Assembly (NCBI GenBank): GCA_026986575.1
Contig: JALSOH010000006.1
Coordinates: forward strand, 256,001-320,000
Reading direction: 5' to 3'
DNA from: Thermoproteota archaeon
Lineage (GTDB): Archaea > Korarchaeota > Korarchaeia > Korarchaeales > Korarchaeaceae
Length of the DNA: 64,000 nt
Positions 9,957 to 18,534 of the stretch are shown in pieces (within the stretch, counting starts at the first letter, position 1; every line of letters starts with the position of its first letter). The notes beneath the pieces were generated by a model that saw nothing but the letters and a program-made list of their open reading frames with translations, was not told the origin of the DNA and did not search any database. Made by a program: the position numbers and the translations under genes.

Positions 9957-10829
9957 ATGATGTGGAAAAAGTCCATTCTAGTCCTAGCCAGTATCTCGCT
10001 GATAGCTCTGCTGACTCTCCCCGTCTACGCCCAAGCGGGTACCGAGAAGCTGGCTAGAAGGTTGATACAGTCGTACGAGAACGTCAAGTCCTTTCTCCAG
10101 AGCATAATGGGTAATCTTGATGACGAGACGGCCAGCAAGGTCGAAGATGCCATAGCTAGGGCCGATCCACTGATCGAGGAAGCTAATACACTTCTCACCT
10201 CCGGAGATTACGAATCTGCGGTCGAAAAGGCTAGGGAGGCCCTTTCAGTGATAAGAGATGTGCTGAGGGAGATCAAGGATGTCGATGTGATAAGGGAGGG
10301 GGGAAGGCTTAGGATAGCTATTGGGAGGGTAAGCAGGGCGGTAGCTAGGGTTGAGAGAGTGATACAAGCCTTGGAGAACAGGGGAGTGGACACCACGAAC
10401 TTCACTTCCCAATTGGAAGAGGTAAGGTCGCTCTTGGAGGAGGCCAAATCCCTCCTCAAGTCCGGAGACTTAGAGGAGGCCCATGAGAAAATAGAAGAAG
10501 CAGTCAATGATCTGAGATCCCTTTACAGCGATGTGAGGGGAGCTGCTAAGGAGCACCTTAACCTAACTAGGGAGAAGGCCCTCAACAGGGTAAAGAGAAT
10601 CGAGAGGGCCTCTGAGAGATGCGTCGTCAGGCTGGACATGGTCTACAAGAAGCTAGTTAGGGAGAATAGGACGGAAGACGCTGAGAAGGTGCTAAAACTG
10701 AAGAATAGTATCGAAAGAACCCTACTTTCTCTGAAAAGGCATGTCGAGAATGGCCAGAGGTTCCTAGCGCTGGAAGATGTCAGGCAGCTTTTCAGGTACC
10801 TCAGGATCTGTCGCAGGATAGGTACCTGA
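9957..10829 (+). CDS. Secreted helical / coiled-coil protein of unknown function
   Basis: Signal peptide ending VYAQA; repeated EA..LL.SGD.E.A.E helical units; SD GGAGG. Confidence 0.7.
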   Translation: MMWKKSILVLASISLIALLTLPVYAQAGTEKLARRLIQSYENVKSFLQSIMGNLDDETASKVEDAIARADPLIEEANTLLTSGDYESAVEKAREALSVIRDVLREIKDVDVIREGGRLRIAIGRVSRAVARVERVIQALENRGVDTTNFTSQLEEVRSLLEEAKSLLKSGDLEEAHEKIEEAVNDLRSLYSDVRGAAKEHLNLTREKALNRVKRIERASERCVVRLDMVYKKLVRENRTEDAEKVLKLKNSIERTLLSLKRHVENGQRFLALEDVRQLFRYLRICRRIGT

Positions 10830-10861
10830 CCACATATTTTTTCCCCCGGAGGGACATCCCG

Positions 10862-11695
10862 ATGAGACGGGGTCTCCCACTATCACTACTTGCAACGATA
10901 TTGACGATAACGCTGGTTGTAGCAGTGGGAGGCTTGACAAACGCGATAATAGAGGTATACCCGGATGGGTGGTGCACAGTCAGCATCAGAGTGCCTGTTC
11001 AGGATCCTATAGTCGAGATCCCGCTTCTGGGCCATCCCACTCTCCTAACAGTCGTGGACGAGGAGGGCCTCCCCCTCAACTACACGCTGAAGGGTGACAG
11101 GATATTAGTAGATGCTGAGGCAGCCGACGAGATCAATATCTCCTACGAGACCCAGAGCCTGACCTACAAAAGGGGCCTCGTCTGGAGCCTGAACGTATCC
11201 ACCACATCGTATTTGCTCGTGTCGGTCAGGTTAATTGGAGATCCCGATGTGGTAGGGCTCTCCAAGATCCCCATCTCCATAAGGGAGGGATCCTCCTACT
11301 TGGAACTGACGCTAGAACCTCCTTTTACCTTGGATTATGTTTATACATCTCCTCCTAGGGAGGGTAGAGGTGAGGGGAATAACCTCTCTTATTACTTGCT
11401 GGCACTGCTGCCCGCTCTAGCGATAGCTCTCTTCATCCTGAATAAAGGGTCTCGCAGCAAGAAGTTCGAGCTAGATTCAACGGATATGAGGATCCTTGAT
11501 TCACTCGCGGAGGGTGAGAAGAGCCTCTCTACCATAAGAGAAGAGCTGTCCTTACCCAAGACCACTGCTTGGAGAAGGGTAAGGCGATTGGAGGGCAAGG
11601 GACTAGTGGAGGTGGAGCGAACTAGGTCTGGGAGCCTGATACGCCTGTCCAAGTTGGGTAGGGATGTGCTCAAGAATAGGGGGAGTAGTCGCTAG
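10862..11695 (+). CDS. Membrane-spanning transcription regulator: extracellular beta domain, TM helix, cytoplasmic wHTH
   Basis: Signal/anchor, TM YYLLALLPALAIALFIL, then LDSTDMRILDSL..LSTIREELSLPKTTAWRRVRRLEGKGLV. Confidence 0.8.
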   Translation: MRRGLPLSLLATILTITLVVAVGGLTNAIIEVYPDGWCTVSIRVPVQDPIVEIPLLGHPTLLTVVDEEGLPLNYTLKGDRILVDAEAADEINISYETQSLTYKRGLVWSLNVSTTSYLLVSVRLIGDPDVVGLSKIPISIREGSSYLELTLEPPFTLDYVYTSPPREGRGEGNNLSYYLLALLPALAIALFILNKGSRSKKFELDSTDMRILDSLAEGEKSLSTIREELSLPKTTAWRRVRRLEGKGLVEVERTRSGSLIRLSKLGRDVLKNRGSSR

Positions 11696-11730
11696 GGAAA
11701 GGAGATATTAAATCGGGGACCGCTTCCACG

Positions 11731-12885
11731 GTGAAGTCCATTCCGAAGATCAGGAGGGAACTACTCATAGTCCTGCTCAGCTCCTTCCTAGCAGGGATGA
11801 CGATCTCCCTCTACCAGCCAATATGGCCCTTCTTGGTGGAGGAGGCTGGCGTCGACGCAGCTACCTACGGGATCATAGCCTCTGGGGCCAACCTCATGGA
11901 GTTCGTTTTCAGATGGGCCTTCGCTGCCTTCGCCTCGCCTTCACTAACCTTCCTCATCGGTTCCCTTGGCATATCCCTCTCTTCCGGCCTACTGCTGGCG
12001 GACATATCACCTGTCATGATCTTCGGTTCCCTAGCCCTAGCAAGGATGGGCAGAGCTCTCCACATAATGGGGAGGAATCAGGTCACCAGTCTACTATTCA
12101 AAAAGAAGGTTGGGACCGCCTTTAGCTCAGTGAGGGTCTCGTGGCAGGTGGGAGCAATCCTTGGACCAGCTGCAGGGGCGCTCTTGGTGGCAATGGCGAC
12201 TAGGAACTTGGTCCTCGCGCTGGGCCTGTTCTTGGGACTGATCTCGGCTGCGCTGATCTCCCCTATGATAAGGGAATTCGGAGTCAGGGGCAAGGGGAAG
12301 ATCTCCTTCTGGAAGGGATCCCTCACTCCTGAAATCAAGGGGATAGTGGCTCTCACCATAGTCAACAACTTCGCGAGGAACTCATTCCTGCCGTTCCATC
12401 TAGTCATGGCCCCTGCAATCTTCGGTGCCGGTGTGGAGCACGTGGCCATGGCTGCGATCATCGAGACCCTGACATCCACCTTGGCAGGAGTACCTGTGGG
12501 GTGGCTCTCGGACAGGGTGAAGGATAAGAGGTCAGTCCTTGCCCTCTCGGAACTCTTCATGGTCTCCGGGATAGCGGTTTACATCGTGCCGAACGCTGGC
12601 ATACCTGGCTTTCTTATCTCAGCCTTCCTTTTGGGACTGGGCATGTCAAGCTACGCCCCCATAGCCACCGCCACGGTGTCTGAGATGGCCCCCGAAAATC
12701 CACAGGATGCAGTGGCGTTCCTCTCAACAGCTATATCATTCTCTAGACTGCCAGCACCGCTGGTGACCGGCGCGCTCATATCGGCGTTCAGTTACTCCGC
12801 CGCTTTCGGATTCTCGGCAGCCTGCCTGGCCTTTGTGGGCATATACATGGCCTTTTCATCCATTAGATCCGCAAGAGGATCCTAA
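11731..12885 (+). CDS. MFS transporter
   Basis: About 12 hydrophobic segments; GWLSDRVKDKR motif A. Confidence 0.85.
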   Translation: MKSIPKIRRELLIVLLSSFLAGMTISLYQPIWPFLVEEAGVDAATYGIIASGANLMEFVFRWAFAAFASPSLTFLIGSLGISLSSGLLLADISPVMIFGSLALARMGRALHIMGRNQVTSLLFKKKVGTAFSSVRVSWQVGAILGPAAGALLVAMATRNLVLALGLFLGLISAALISPMIREFGVRGKGKISFWKGSLTPEIKGIVALTIVNNFARNSFLPFHLVMAPAIFGAGVEHVAMAAIIETLTSTLAGVPVGWLSDRVKDKRSVLALSELFMVSGIAVYIVPNAGIPGFLISAFLLGLGMSSYAPIATATVSEMAPENPQDAVAFLSTAISFSRLPAPLVTGALISAFSYSAAFGFSAACLAFVGIYMAFSSIRSARGS

Positions 12886-12985
12886 CCGCGATTTAAGACC
12901 ACCTCGTGGGGTTCACAAAAAGCTGAAAAAACGGTCGGTATACGACTGTAAAACATGGTGATCCGGAAAATCTGAGGAGGGGAAG

Positions 12986-13711
12986 TCAGCCGAGGCCGAA
13001 TTCCAGTAACTCTCCTAAGCCTACAACCGGTTCCTTGATTCCGACCTCCTTGAGGACCGCCCATAGGGTTGCGGAGTTGCTAGATATTACTGGTTTACCT
13101 AGATCCACCTCCAAGGCCTCCAGAACCTCGAACGTCCTGAAGTTGGTGCAGCTTATGAAAAGGCCGTCGGCGTCGTGGTGGAAGGCCGCCTTCCCCAACC
13201 TATAGGCGACCTCCGGTGCCTGCCTACCTATCTCTATGTTGTCCTGTATGCCCAGCCCTATCATGGAGACGACCTTGAACCCATTGCCCTCCAAGAACTC
13301 CTCCTCCTTCCTGTTCACCTCATCTATGTAGGGAGTGGCCACGGCCACGCTCTTCACATCCAGATGGCGGAGGGCTTCCAGCACCGCTGTGGCTGTAGCA
13401 ACGGCCTTGACCCCAGTAACCCTCTCTATCTTATCCGCTATCCTCTCGTCGTAGCCCACCCCACCAACCAAGCTCCCGGTGGTGCATCCGTAGGCTATGA
13501 CATCTACGCCAGCATCGGCCAACATGTCAGCAGCAAGCTCAACGAACTCCTCCATCCTCTTGAGTTCCTCGACGTTTACCTTCCTGAGCCTGACCCTAGC
13601 CACGTGGAGGGAGACTCCCTCGGGGAGTACGCTCCTGAACTCCTCCTCCATGGTGGTGTTGGAGGAGGGTACTATGAGACCGACCCGGGCCCTCCAACCG
13701 TACATCCTCAC
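12986..13711 (-). CDS. Maleate cis-trans isomerase / arylmalonate decarboxylase (Asp/Glu racemase superfamily)
   Basis: GLIVPSSNTTME, YGCTTGS, VATPY, FISCTN, PVISSN. Confidence 0.9.
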   Translation of the reverse strand: MRMYGWRARVGLIVPSSNTTMEEEFRSVLPEGVSLHVARVRLRKVNVEELKRMEEFVELAADMLADAGVDVIAYGCTTGSLVGGVGYDERIADKIERVTGVKAVATATAVLEALRHLDVKSVAVATPYIDEVNRKEEEFLEGNGFKVVSMIGLGIQDNIEIGRQAPEVAYRLGKAAFHHDADGLFISCTNFRTFEVLEALEVDLGKPVISSNSATLWAVLKEVGIKEPVVGLGELLEFGLG

Positions 13712-14418
13712 AACCCCAGGTAAGCTCTCTTCACGTCCTCGTCCCTTAATAACTCCTCACCAGTTCCGGATTTAACTATTCTCCCGGTTTCTAGGACGTA
13801 CGCCTTGTCGGAGAGCCTCAATGCCTGGTAGACGTTCTGCTCGACTAGTAGGATGGTATAGCCCTCCTCCTTCAGCTTCCTGACGAGGTTTAGGATCATT
13901 ATGACGAGCTTGGGCGCCAGGCCGAGAGAAGGCTCGTCGAGCATCAGGATCTCGGGTCTGAGTATCAGCCCCCTGGCTATGGCGAGCATCTGCTGCTCCC
14001 CACCGCTGAGCGTGCCAGCCAGCTGATTCCTCCTCTCCCTGAGGATGGGGAACAGGTTAAACACATCTTCCAGCGTGTCCTGAAACTTCTCCCTGGCCCT
14101 CTTGGTGTAGGCAGCTGCCCTCAGGTTCTCCATGACTGTGAGTCTCGGGAAAAGCTGTCTGCCCTCGGGAACATGGGCTATCCCCATTTCCACCCTCTTA
14201 TGGGGCTCCTCCCTAGTGATATCCCGATCCTTGAAGGTTATGATCCCGGACTTGGGGATCAGGAGACCCGAAATGGTCTTCATAATGGTAGTCTTTCCGG
14301 CCCCGTTTGCACCGACTATGGATGTTATGGTCCCCTTATCCACTTGGAAGGAGACGCCCCATAACGCTTGGGCGTCGCCATAAAAAACATCCACATCCCT
14401 GACATCCAAGAGGCTCAT
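13708..14418 (-). CDS. livF: Branched-chain amino acid-type ABC transporter ATPase
   Basis: GANGAGKTT, VPEGRQLF, LSGGEQQMLAIAR, DEPSLGLAP. Confidence 0.92.
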   Translation of the reverse strand: MSLLDVRDVDVFYGDAQALWGVSFQVDKGTITSIVGANGAGKTTIMKTISGLLIPKSGIITFKDRDITREEPHKRVEMGIAHVPEGRQLFPRLTVMENLRAAAYTKRAREKFQDTLEDVFNLFPILRERRNQLAGTLSGGEQQMLAIARGLILRPEILMLDEPSLGLAPKLVIMILNLVRKLKEEGYTILLVEQNVYQALRLSDKAYVLETGRIVKSGTGEELLRDEDVKRAYLGL

Positions 14419-15134
14419 AGTTCCTCCCTCCCTAGGTAGGCCTCTATCACCCTTGGATCGCTCGCTATCTCCTGCGGCGTTCCTTCCGCTATCTTCACCC
14501 CGTAATCCATCACGATTATCCTCTCCGAGATGTTCATCACCGCCCTCATCACGTGCTCCACCATCAGGATCGTCACACCCGACTCGTTTATCTCCCTGAG
14601 CAGCTTCAGCAGCTCATCCACCTCCGAAGGATTGAGCCCAGCCACGACCTCATCCAGCAGGAGCAGTTTTGGTTCGGTCGCCAGCGCTCTAGAAAGCTCG
14701 AGCCTCTTCTTCTCGGGTAGGTTCAGGGAACCGGCCCTCATATTCCTCTTCTCGTAGAGGCCGGTGAGCTTCAGCACCTCTTCTGCACGCTTCCTTGCCT
14801 CATTCACATCTGGATGCCTCAGCAGGGCGCCGATCGCCACATTGTCGAGGACCGTGAGGTTCGACAGCGGCTTCACTATCTGGAAGGTGCGGCCCACTCC
14901 CAGCTTGGTTATCTCGTAAGGCTTCCGCCCCGTGATGTCCCTACCGTCGAAGAATATCCTGCCCTTGTCAGGCCTGTAGTAACCGGAGATCAGGTTAAAT
15001 AGGGTCGTCTTTCCCGCACCGTTGGGACCGATAAGCCCCACCCTCTCCCCCTCATCCATGGAGAAGGAAACGTCATTGACCGCCACCAGCCCGCCGAACC
15101 TCTTCACCACTCCCTTAACTTCCAGCAGGCTCAT
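14415..15134 (-). CDS. livG: Branched-chain amino acid-type ABC transporter ATPase
   Basis: FGGLVAVNDVS, GPNGAGKTT, RTFQ, VEHVM, VIEAYLG. Confidence 0.92.
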   Translation of the reverse strand: MSLLEVKGVVKRFGGLVAVNDVSFSMDEGERVGLIGPNGAGKTTLFNLISGYYRPDKGRIFFDGRDITGRKPYEITKLGVGRTFQIVKPLSNLTVLDNVAIGALLRHPDVNEARKRAEEVLKLTGLYEKRNMRAGSLNLPEKKRLELSRALATEPKLLLLDEVVAGLNPSEVDELLKLLREINESGVTILMVEHVMRAVMNISERIIVMDYGVKIAEGTPQEIASDPRVIEAYLGREEL

Positions 15135-16174
15135 TCCTTCCTCACCTCACCAGTCTCCTCCCTCTTCCTCAGGTAGCCCTTCTTCTCGAGCCAGCCCATG
15201 ATACCCTCGGGGGCGAGCAAAGATATGGCCAGCAGGATCACCCCCAGCACGAAGACATGGAGTCCGTAGAACCTTGGGAACCTAGACACTATGTACACCC
15301 TGACGTACTCGCTTATGGGGACAAACACAAAGGAGCCAACTATGGGACCGATGAAGGAGTATATGCCTCCCAAGATGCCGGCTATGGTTATGTAAACCGA
15401 GACGGATATCAGGTCAAAGACAGCGAAGGGGTCGACGAACCTGAACCTGACCGTGTATATTCCCCCTCCTATACCGGTGAAGAGAGCGCTGAAGAACATG
15501 GCTACCATCTTGTACTTGAACGGGTTGATCCCGAGGCTCATGGCCGCATCCTCGTCCTCTCTTATCGCTTGGAGGTAGTAGCCTATCCTGCTCTTTACCA
15601 ACGGATACATGATCAGGAGCTCGAGCCCCAGCAGGCCCAGAGCCAAGTATATGTAGACGTAGGAGCCAGCATACTGCAAGTAGTACAGCTTCTGCTCCTC
15701 CGGAACTATGGGGGACTGCAGGCCAGCCGATCCTCCGACGTAGTCCCAAGAGATGAATATAAGCTTGAATATCTCGCCCACGGCTATCGTAGCTAGAGCG
15801 AACCAGTGGCTCCTCAACCTGAAGAGCGGGACACCCAGAGCCAAGCCTACCAGAGCCGCCACCAGCCCTCCAACGAATATGCCCACCCAAGGCGTCACCC
15901 GGTAGTAGAGCATGAGGATCATGGTCGTGTAAGCGCCGACGCCGAAGAACACCGCGTGCCCGAAGCTGAGTTGCCCGGTGTAGCCCTCGAGCAGGTTCCA
16001 AGCCATTGCCATTATAGAGAACATTAGGCAGAGGAGCATGGCGTTGGCTGCGAATGGAAGGTCCAGCTTCCAGAAGATTAGGGGAGCTACCAGCATAACG
16101 GCAGCCACAATTGCGAAATACTGGCCGTTTCTATCTCTCAATCCCTCCTTTATGAATTGCAACATGCCCATCAC
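15131..16174 (-). CDS. livM: Branched-chain amino acid-type ABC transporter permease
   Basis: GYTGQLSFGHAVFFGVGAY, AIREDEDAA, PEGIMG. Confidence 0.9.
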   Translation of the reverse strand: MMGMLQFIKEGLRDRNGQYFAIVAAVMLVAPLIFWKLDLPFAANAMLLCLMFSIMAMAWNLLEGYTGQLSFGHAVFFGVGAYTTMILMLYYRVTPWVGIFVGGLVAALVGLALGVPLFRLRSHWFALATIAVGEIFKLIFISWDYVGGSAGLQSPIVPEEQKLYYLQYAGSYVYIYLALGLLGLELLIMYPLVKSRIGYYLQAIREDEDAAMSLGINPFKYKMVAMFFSALFTGIGGGIYTVRFRFVDPFAVFDLISVSVYITIAGILGGIYSFIGPIVGSFVFVPISEYVRVYIVSRFPRFYGLHVFVLGVILLAISLLAPEGIMGWLEKKGYLRKREETGEVRKE

Positions 16175-17046
16175 CTCTGCTCGGTCCCGAATAGTCCGGT
16201 GGGCTTCACCAGAATTATGGCTATGAAGAGGAGGAACGCAACGACGTCTTTCAGCGACGGTGAGATGAAGAGGGCGCTGACTGACTCGGTGACCCCGATT
16301 ATGATCCCACTTATGTAAGCGCCGAAGACGCTCCCGAAGCCGCCAAACACCACCACTATGAATGCTATGAGCGCGTAGAACCCTCCCATCTCCGGGTGTA
16401 TCGGGAGGAACGTGGCGACCAAGGTACCGCCAACGGCAGAGATCCCTACCCCAATGCCGAATGCAATCCAGTACATCTTCCTCACATTTATGCCCATCAG
16501 GTAAGCGGCCATCCTGTTCTGGGATACTGCCCTCAAGGCGACTCCCGTGTACGTGGTCTTCAGAAAAACGTAGAAGGCCACGGCCACTCCTAGGGACACG
16601 AAGAAGGCTATCAGCCTGGGAAGCTGGAGGCTTATCGTCCCGAACCTGTATATCACATCCGCGTAGGTGACGTAGATCCTCTTGGTGTAGGGACCGAACG
16701 CGGCCTCAGCTCCGTACCTGATCATCAAGAGCACCGCGAATGTGGCAGTGATCTGGCTGACCATGGGAGCGTCTAGGACCCTCTCTATCACCACCCTCTG
16801 GGTGAGCACCCCCAGCGCGAAGGTCACTAGGAAAGAGAGGGGAACGCTCAGTAACGGATCCACTCCAGCTAGGGTGAAGGCCCAGTACGTCACGAAGGCT
16901 CCCAGCATCATGTAATCTCCCTGAGCGAAGTTTATCACGTCCATTATGCCCCAGATAAGCGCGAGACCCATTCCAACAAGGGAATAGACGCTCCCTATGA
17001 GGATACCACTGACTACCGCATTGGCGACGTAATCCAGACCTATCAA
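16171..17046 (-). CDS. livH: Branched-chain amino acid-type ABC transporter permease
   Basis: INFAQGDYMMLGAF, ALRAVSQN, KPTGLFG. Confidence 0.9.
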   Translation of the reverse strand: MIGLDYVANAVVSGILIGSVYSLVGMGLALIWGIMDVINFAQGDYMMLGAFVTYWAFTLAGVDPLLSVPLSFLVTFALGVLTQRVVIERVLDAPMVSQITATFAVLLMIRYGAEAAFGPYTKRIYVTYADVIYRFGTISLQLPRLIAFFVSLGVAVAFYVFLKTTYTGVALRAVSQNRMAAYLMGINVRKMYWIAFGIGVGISAVGGTLVATFLPIHPEMGGFYALIAFIVVVFGGFGSVFGAYISGIIIGVTESVSALFISPSLKDVVAFLLFIAIILVKPTGLFGTEQR

Positions 17047-17079
17047 AGCCGACCCTCCGCAAAAATAGGGATGGGGAAG

Positions 17080-18375
17080 TCAGCCCCTCTCGCTCCACTT
17101 GGGCATGGGGAACACGGGTTCAGCAGTCGCGAACTCCTCAGGGAAGACGGTATGGTACTTCCCGTCATCCATCATCTGGACCACTATACCCTGACCTAGG
17201 GTGTTCTGGCCGTTGGAGTCGAACTTCACTCCCTTCCAAGGCATGATCAGCTTGTCTCCTGGGATGTTCAGACTCGCTAGTGCGTCCCTTATCGCCTTCC
17301 TGAACTCCTCCAAGTTGGCGGGGCTGGCCTTCTTGCCGGCCTCCTCCAGAGCGTAGTAGAGCACCCAGGCGCCGGTGTAGTCTCTAGCGGAGTTACCGTT
17401 GAGGTCCACCCCGTACTTGGCCTTGTACCTGTCGTTCACCTCCTTCAGCTTAGGTATCTTCTGGCCGAGGTCCCAGTTGAAGACCTCTCTGCTGAATATG
17501 TAGAACCCGTCCTTGCCCACCTGCTTGACGTAGCTCGGGTTTATGAAACCAGCGTCCTGAGCCAGTATGGCCTTCGGGTTGAAGTCCCTCTGCTTGGCGG
17601 TCTGGACGAAGAGTATGGCGTCCTGCACGTAGCTGGCCACCAGCACTAAATCGGGGTTGGCTGCTTTCAGCGTGTCTATCTCGCTGTCCATGGAGGTTAT
17701 CGTGGCAGCATGGTAGCTCACCACCTTCACTATCTGGTAGCCAGCCTCGCTGAAGTACTTCTGCCAAGCCTTGGCGGTGGCGGTTCCCCACTCGGTATCC
17801 TCGTGTATTATCGCTATCTTCTTTATCTGGTTACCGTACTTCTTGTTCAGCCAGTTCACGAAGTCTACATGCTGCTTGGCGAACATCTCATCGTGCGGGG
17901 TGGTCCTGAAGAACCACTTGTATCCCCTAGCTGTGAGGGTGGGCGATGTGGACTCGGGGTTGAGCATCGGGACGTGGTATCTCTCGCACACCTCGCTCAC
18001 GGTCTTGGTGACGGCGCTCTGGTAGGAACCGAGCATTGCAACTACCTTCTCCTCAGTTATTAGCCTTTCGGCCTCGGCAGCACCGGTCTCGGGCTTGCCG
18101 GCGCTATCTCCAAACACGAGAACGATCTTAGCCCCTCCTAGGCTCTTTATACCGCCAGCCTTGTTTATCTCCTCGACAGCGAACTCTAACCCTCTCTTCA
18201 AGTCAGCGCCGGTCTCAGCTAGCTTGCCCGACAGAGGGAGCACCACGCCGACCTTGACCTCCTTGACGGCACCCCCTCCTCCCTGCATCATCAGGACAGC
18301 GGCTGCCACAATAATGACAACGATTACAACTATAGCGGCCAGAAGGGACTTACTTAACCCCCTTCTCCTCACCAA
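17080..18375 (-). CDS. livK: Branched-chain amino acid-type ABC transporter substrate-binding protein
   Basis: N-terminal membrane anchor; VGVVLPLSG, EEINKAGG, GSYQS, WFFRT; likely TTG start at 18375. Confidence 0.88.
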   Translation of the reverse strand: MVRRRGLSKSLLAAIVVIVVIIVAAAVLMMQGGGGAVKEVKVGVVLPLSGKLAETGADLKRGLEFAVEEINKAGGIKSLGGAKIVLVFGDSAGKPETGAAEAERLITEEKVVAMLGSYQSAVTKTVSEVCERYHVPMLNPESTSPTLTARGYKWFFRTTPHDEMFAKQHVDFVNWLNKKYGNQIKKIAIIHEDTEWGTATAKAWQKYFSEAGYQIVKVVSYHAATITSMDSEIDTLKAANPDLVLVASYVQDAILFVQTAKQRDFNPKAILAQDAGFINPSYVKQVGKDGFYIFSREVFNWDLGQKIPKLKEVNDRYKAKYGVDLNGNSARDYTGAWVLYYALEEAGKKASPANLEEFRKAIRDALASLNIPGDKLIMPWKGVKFDSNGQNTLGQGIVVQMMDDGKYHTVFPEEFATAEPVFPMPKWSERG

Positions 18376-18433
18376 CGCGACCACCTTTGATCTAATTGTG
18401 TCGGCAGCCTTACATATATACCTTTCCATCGAA

Positions 18434-18503
18434 AGGTAAAAATCTTTGAAAAATAAACGATTTTGACGACAGTAAAGATTAAAAGTTAGGTAAAGATCTT
18501 TGA
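18434..18503. promoter_or_regulatory. Candidate operator: two 16-bp direct repeats in the divergent livK / hydantoinase promoter
   Basis: AGGTAAAAATCTTTGA (18434-18449) and AGGTAAAGATCTTTGA (18488-18503), 15/16 identical. Confidence 0.55.
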
Positions 18504-18534
18504 TGGCAAAGAGTTGACTGGACTGGGATAGGAT

